A stretch of 64,000 nucleotides of DNA, from NCBI GenBank assembly GCA_024704765.1, contig JAKMXF010000339.1:124001-188000 (forward strand), given 5' to 3'. This DNA comes from Oopsacas minuta (Eukaryota > Animalia > Porifera). The position numbers and the translations under genes were made by a program. Within the stretch, counting starts at the first letter, position 1. Every line of letters begins with the position of its first letter. Shown piece by piece: positions 62,641 to 64,000 of this stretch. The notes beneath the pieces were generated by a model. That model did no database searches. It had not been told where the DNA came from and worked only from the letters and a program-made list of their open reading frames with translations.

Positions 62641-63553
62641 TTAATTATATTGATTAGACAAACAATAATATAATTCCAAAATAGAATTCAATCATTGAAT
62701 TTCTAAATTACGCACAAAATTCGAATTGATCAACTTCGACTCCGATTCTAAATCACAATCTGAACCAGAACCCGATTCAAACTCTGGTTGGAGTGCGCTC
62801 CCATCTCCGCTCCTTACTCAGAAAAGGAGCGGACTCGACTCGAACCCGCTTAAGTCAAAATGGACCGTGCTCCAATTCATTCTTTCAGATTTACATTAGA
62901 TTTGCATTTGAAGTAATTAGGAATTAATTTAACAATTGTAGATTCAGGAAATTGCTAATTGTGTAAACTCAAACCATTTTAATAAATTGTAGATTATACA
63001 AAAGTGTCTTATCATCATATTTGTATAGCAAAAATACTAAAGTTAATACAGAATAACGATAAAATTTGTAAATTGTTTGCAATTGAATAGAAGCGCTTCA
63101 CTTTCCTCTCCTGAATCATAAATCAAGCGTGTTACTGTAATGCCCTGTGTGCAATAAATGCAGCAAAAATACTATACAAAAAAGGTAATATTAGGTCAAA
63201 GTTGAATTGTTAATCCTTAAAGTATCTCCAGTAGTAATTTGGGGCGTTTGTGGGTCCTACTTCTATCCTGGAAACGTTTTATAAGAAATACATTAACTTT
63301 AATGATAAGCGTCCTCATCACATTTCCTTTTTTTTGGCAAAACAACACAGTGCATCTCCCTAAAGGAGAGTAACGTGAATCGCAAGGTAGAAATTGAAGG
63401 ATAGTCCGGGCTTATGGCTTATTGGCATCCTCTGAAGTCTAAACAAAGAGGAATAATACAAAATATGAAATAGTACAATTTGTTCAAATACAACAACTGA
63501 TAATTCTAAAGGGAACATGAATGATTGAATGATTATTAGTAAAATGGAAATTA

Positions 63554-64000
63554 TCAATACATATTGAGATTACCTCCATAACAAACTACAATAACTCTTC
63601 CTCTGTTATCTACTGTAATACCGGTAGGATAATCTATGGGGATCTTGTGTATCAAATCAAATTGAGAGTTGTATATTGAAATAGAGCCAGATGAAATGAT
63701 ATCAGAAGAATCTGTAATAAGAATATTGTTAGAATTATCAATATAGAAGTAATATGGATAAATCAGCTGTAATATATCTCTTCCAGAAATAATACTCTTA
63801 TGAGGAATATGAGTATAGTTGTATAGATGAAGACAAGGAATAGATCGATCTAGAATATAAATGAATTCTTTTGTAAGTTTAACATCAAGAGGGTATTTGA
63901 GGTTGTCTTGTCCAAACTGTGTCTTGTAGGTAAGTTCCTTGGACAGTATCTGAATACGATTATTATGACAATCACATATGTATACCTCTCCGTTAGCCTC
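63554..64000 (-). CDS. NHL copy 6, 3' part only (5' end outside the window)
   Basis: open frame EANGEVYICDCHNNRIQ...YPTGITVDNRGRVIVVCYGGNLNMY*; missed by the ORF track for lack of a start. Confidence 0.85.
   Translation of the reverse strand, partial: EANGEVYICDCHNNRIQILSKELTYKTQFGQDNLKYPLDVKLTKEFIYILDRSIPCLHLYNYTHIPHKSIISGRDILQLIYPYYFYIDNSNNILITDSSDIISSGSISIYNSQFDLIHKIPIDYPTGITVDNRGRVIVVCYGGNLNMY

Noticed and set aside
28890-64000. NHL propellers as a RAG2-like partner of the Transib element
   Set aside because: They lie outside the TIRs, are NHL rather than kelch repeats, and have no PHD finger
1-64000. CRISPR arrays, rRNA, tRNA, prokaryotic or phage origin
   Set aside because: No regularly spaced repeat-spacer units or RNA-gene signatures seen; introns and eukaryotic transposon families throughout

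Overview
AT-rich eukaryotic (animal-like) genomic DNA: GT-AG introns, no operons, no RBS pattern, no rRNA, tRNA or CRISPR seen. The stand-alone NHL-repeat expansion and MA(T/S)A protein starts are reminiscent of a glass-sponge (Oopsacas-like) genome, but that is inference only. The window is a transposon-rich, gene birth-and-death region. Host genes: six ~280-aa stand-alone NHL beta-propeller paralogues (2 intact, 3 frameshifted, 1 running off the end) plus two other broken NHL genes; an intact intronless 695-aa 2OG-Fe(II) oxygenase / F-box / actin-fold fusion (32805-34892, -); a DNase I-like ORF that has lost its metal ligands; a flavin amine oxidase with one in-frame TGA; a truncated sarcosine-oxidase-like pseudogene; WW-domain and WD40-like exons. 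Mobile DNA with ends read directly from the sequence: a full-length RAG1-like Transib element (10502-13420; CACAGTG termini, asymmetric bipartite TIRs, CCTCG target duplication), a hAT element whose 5' half is inverted, two nested Chapaev3-like elements with 3-bp TSDs, an internally deleted THAP/P-like element carrying a mariner, and MULE, hAT, Gypsy, Helitron-like and MITE remnants. Best leads: the oxygenase-F-box-actin fusion, the RAG1-like element with RSS-like ends, the loop-hypervariable NHL family and the pseudo-DNase.
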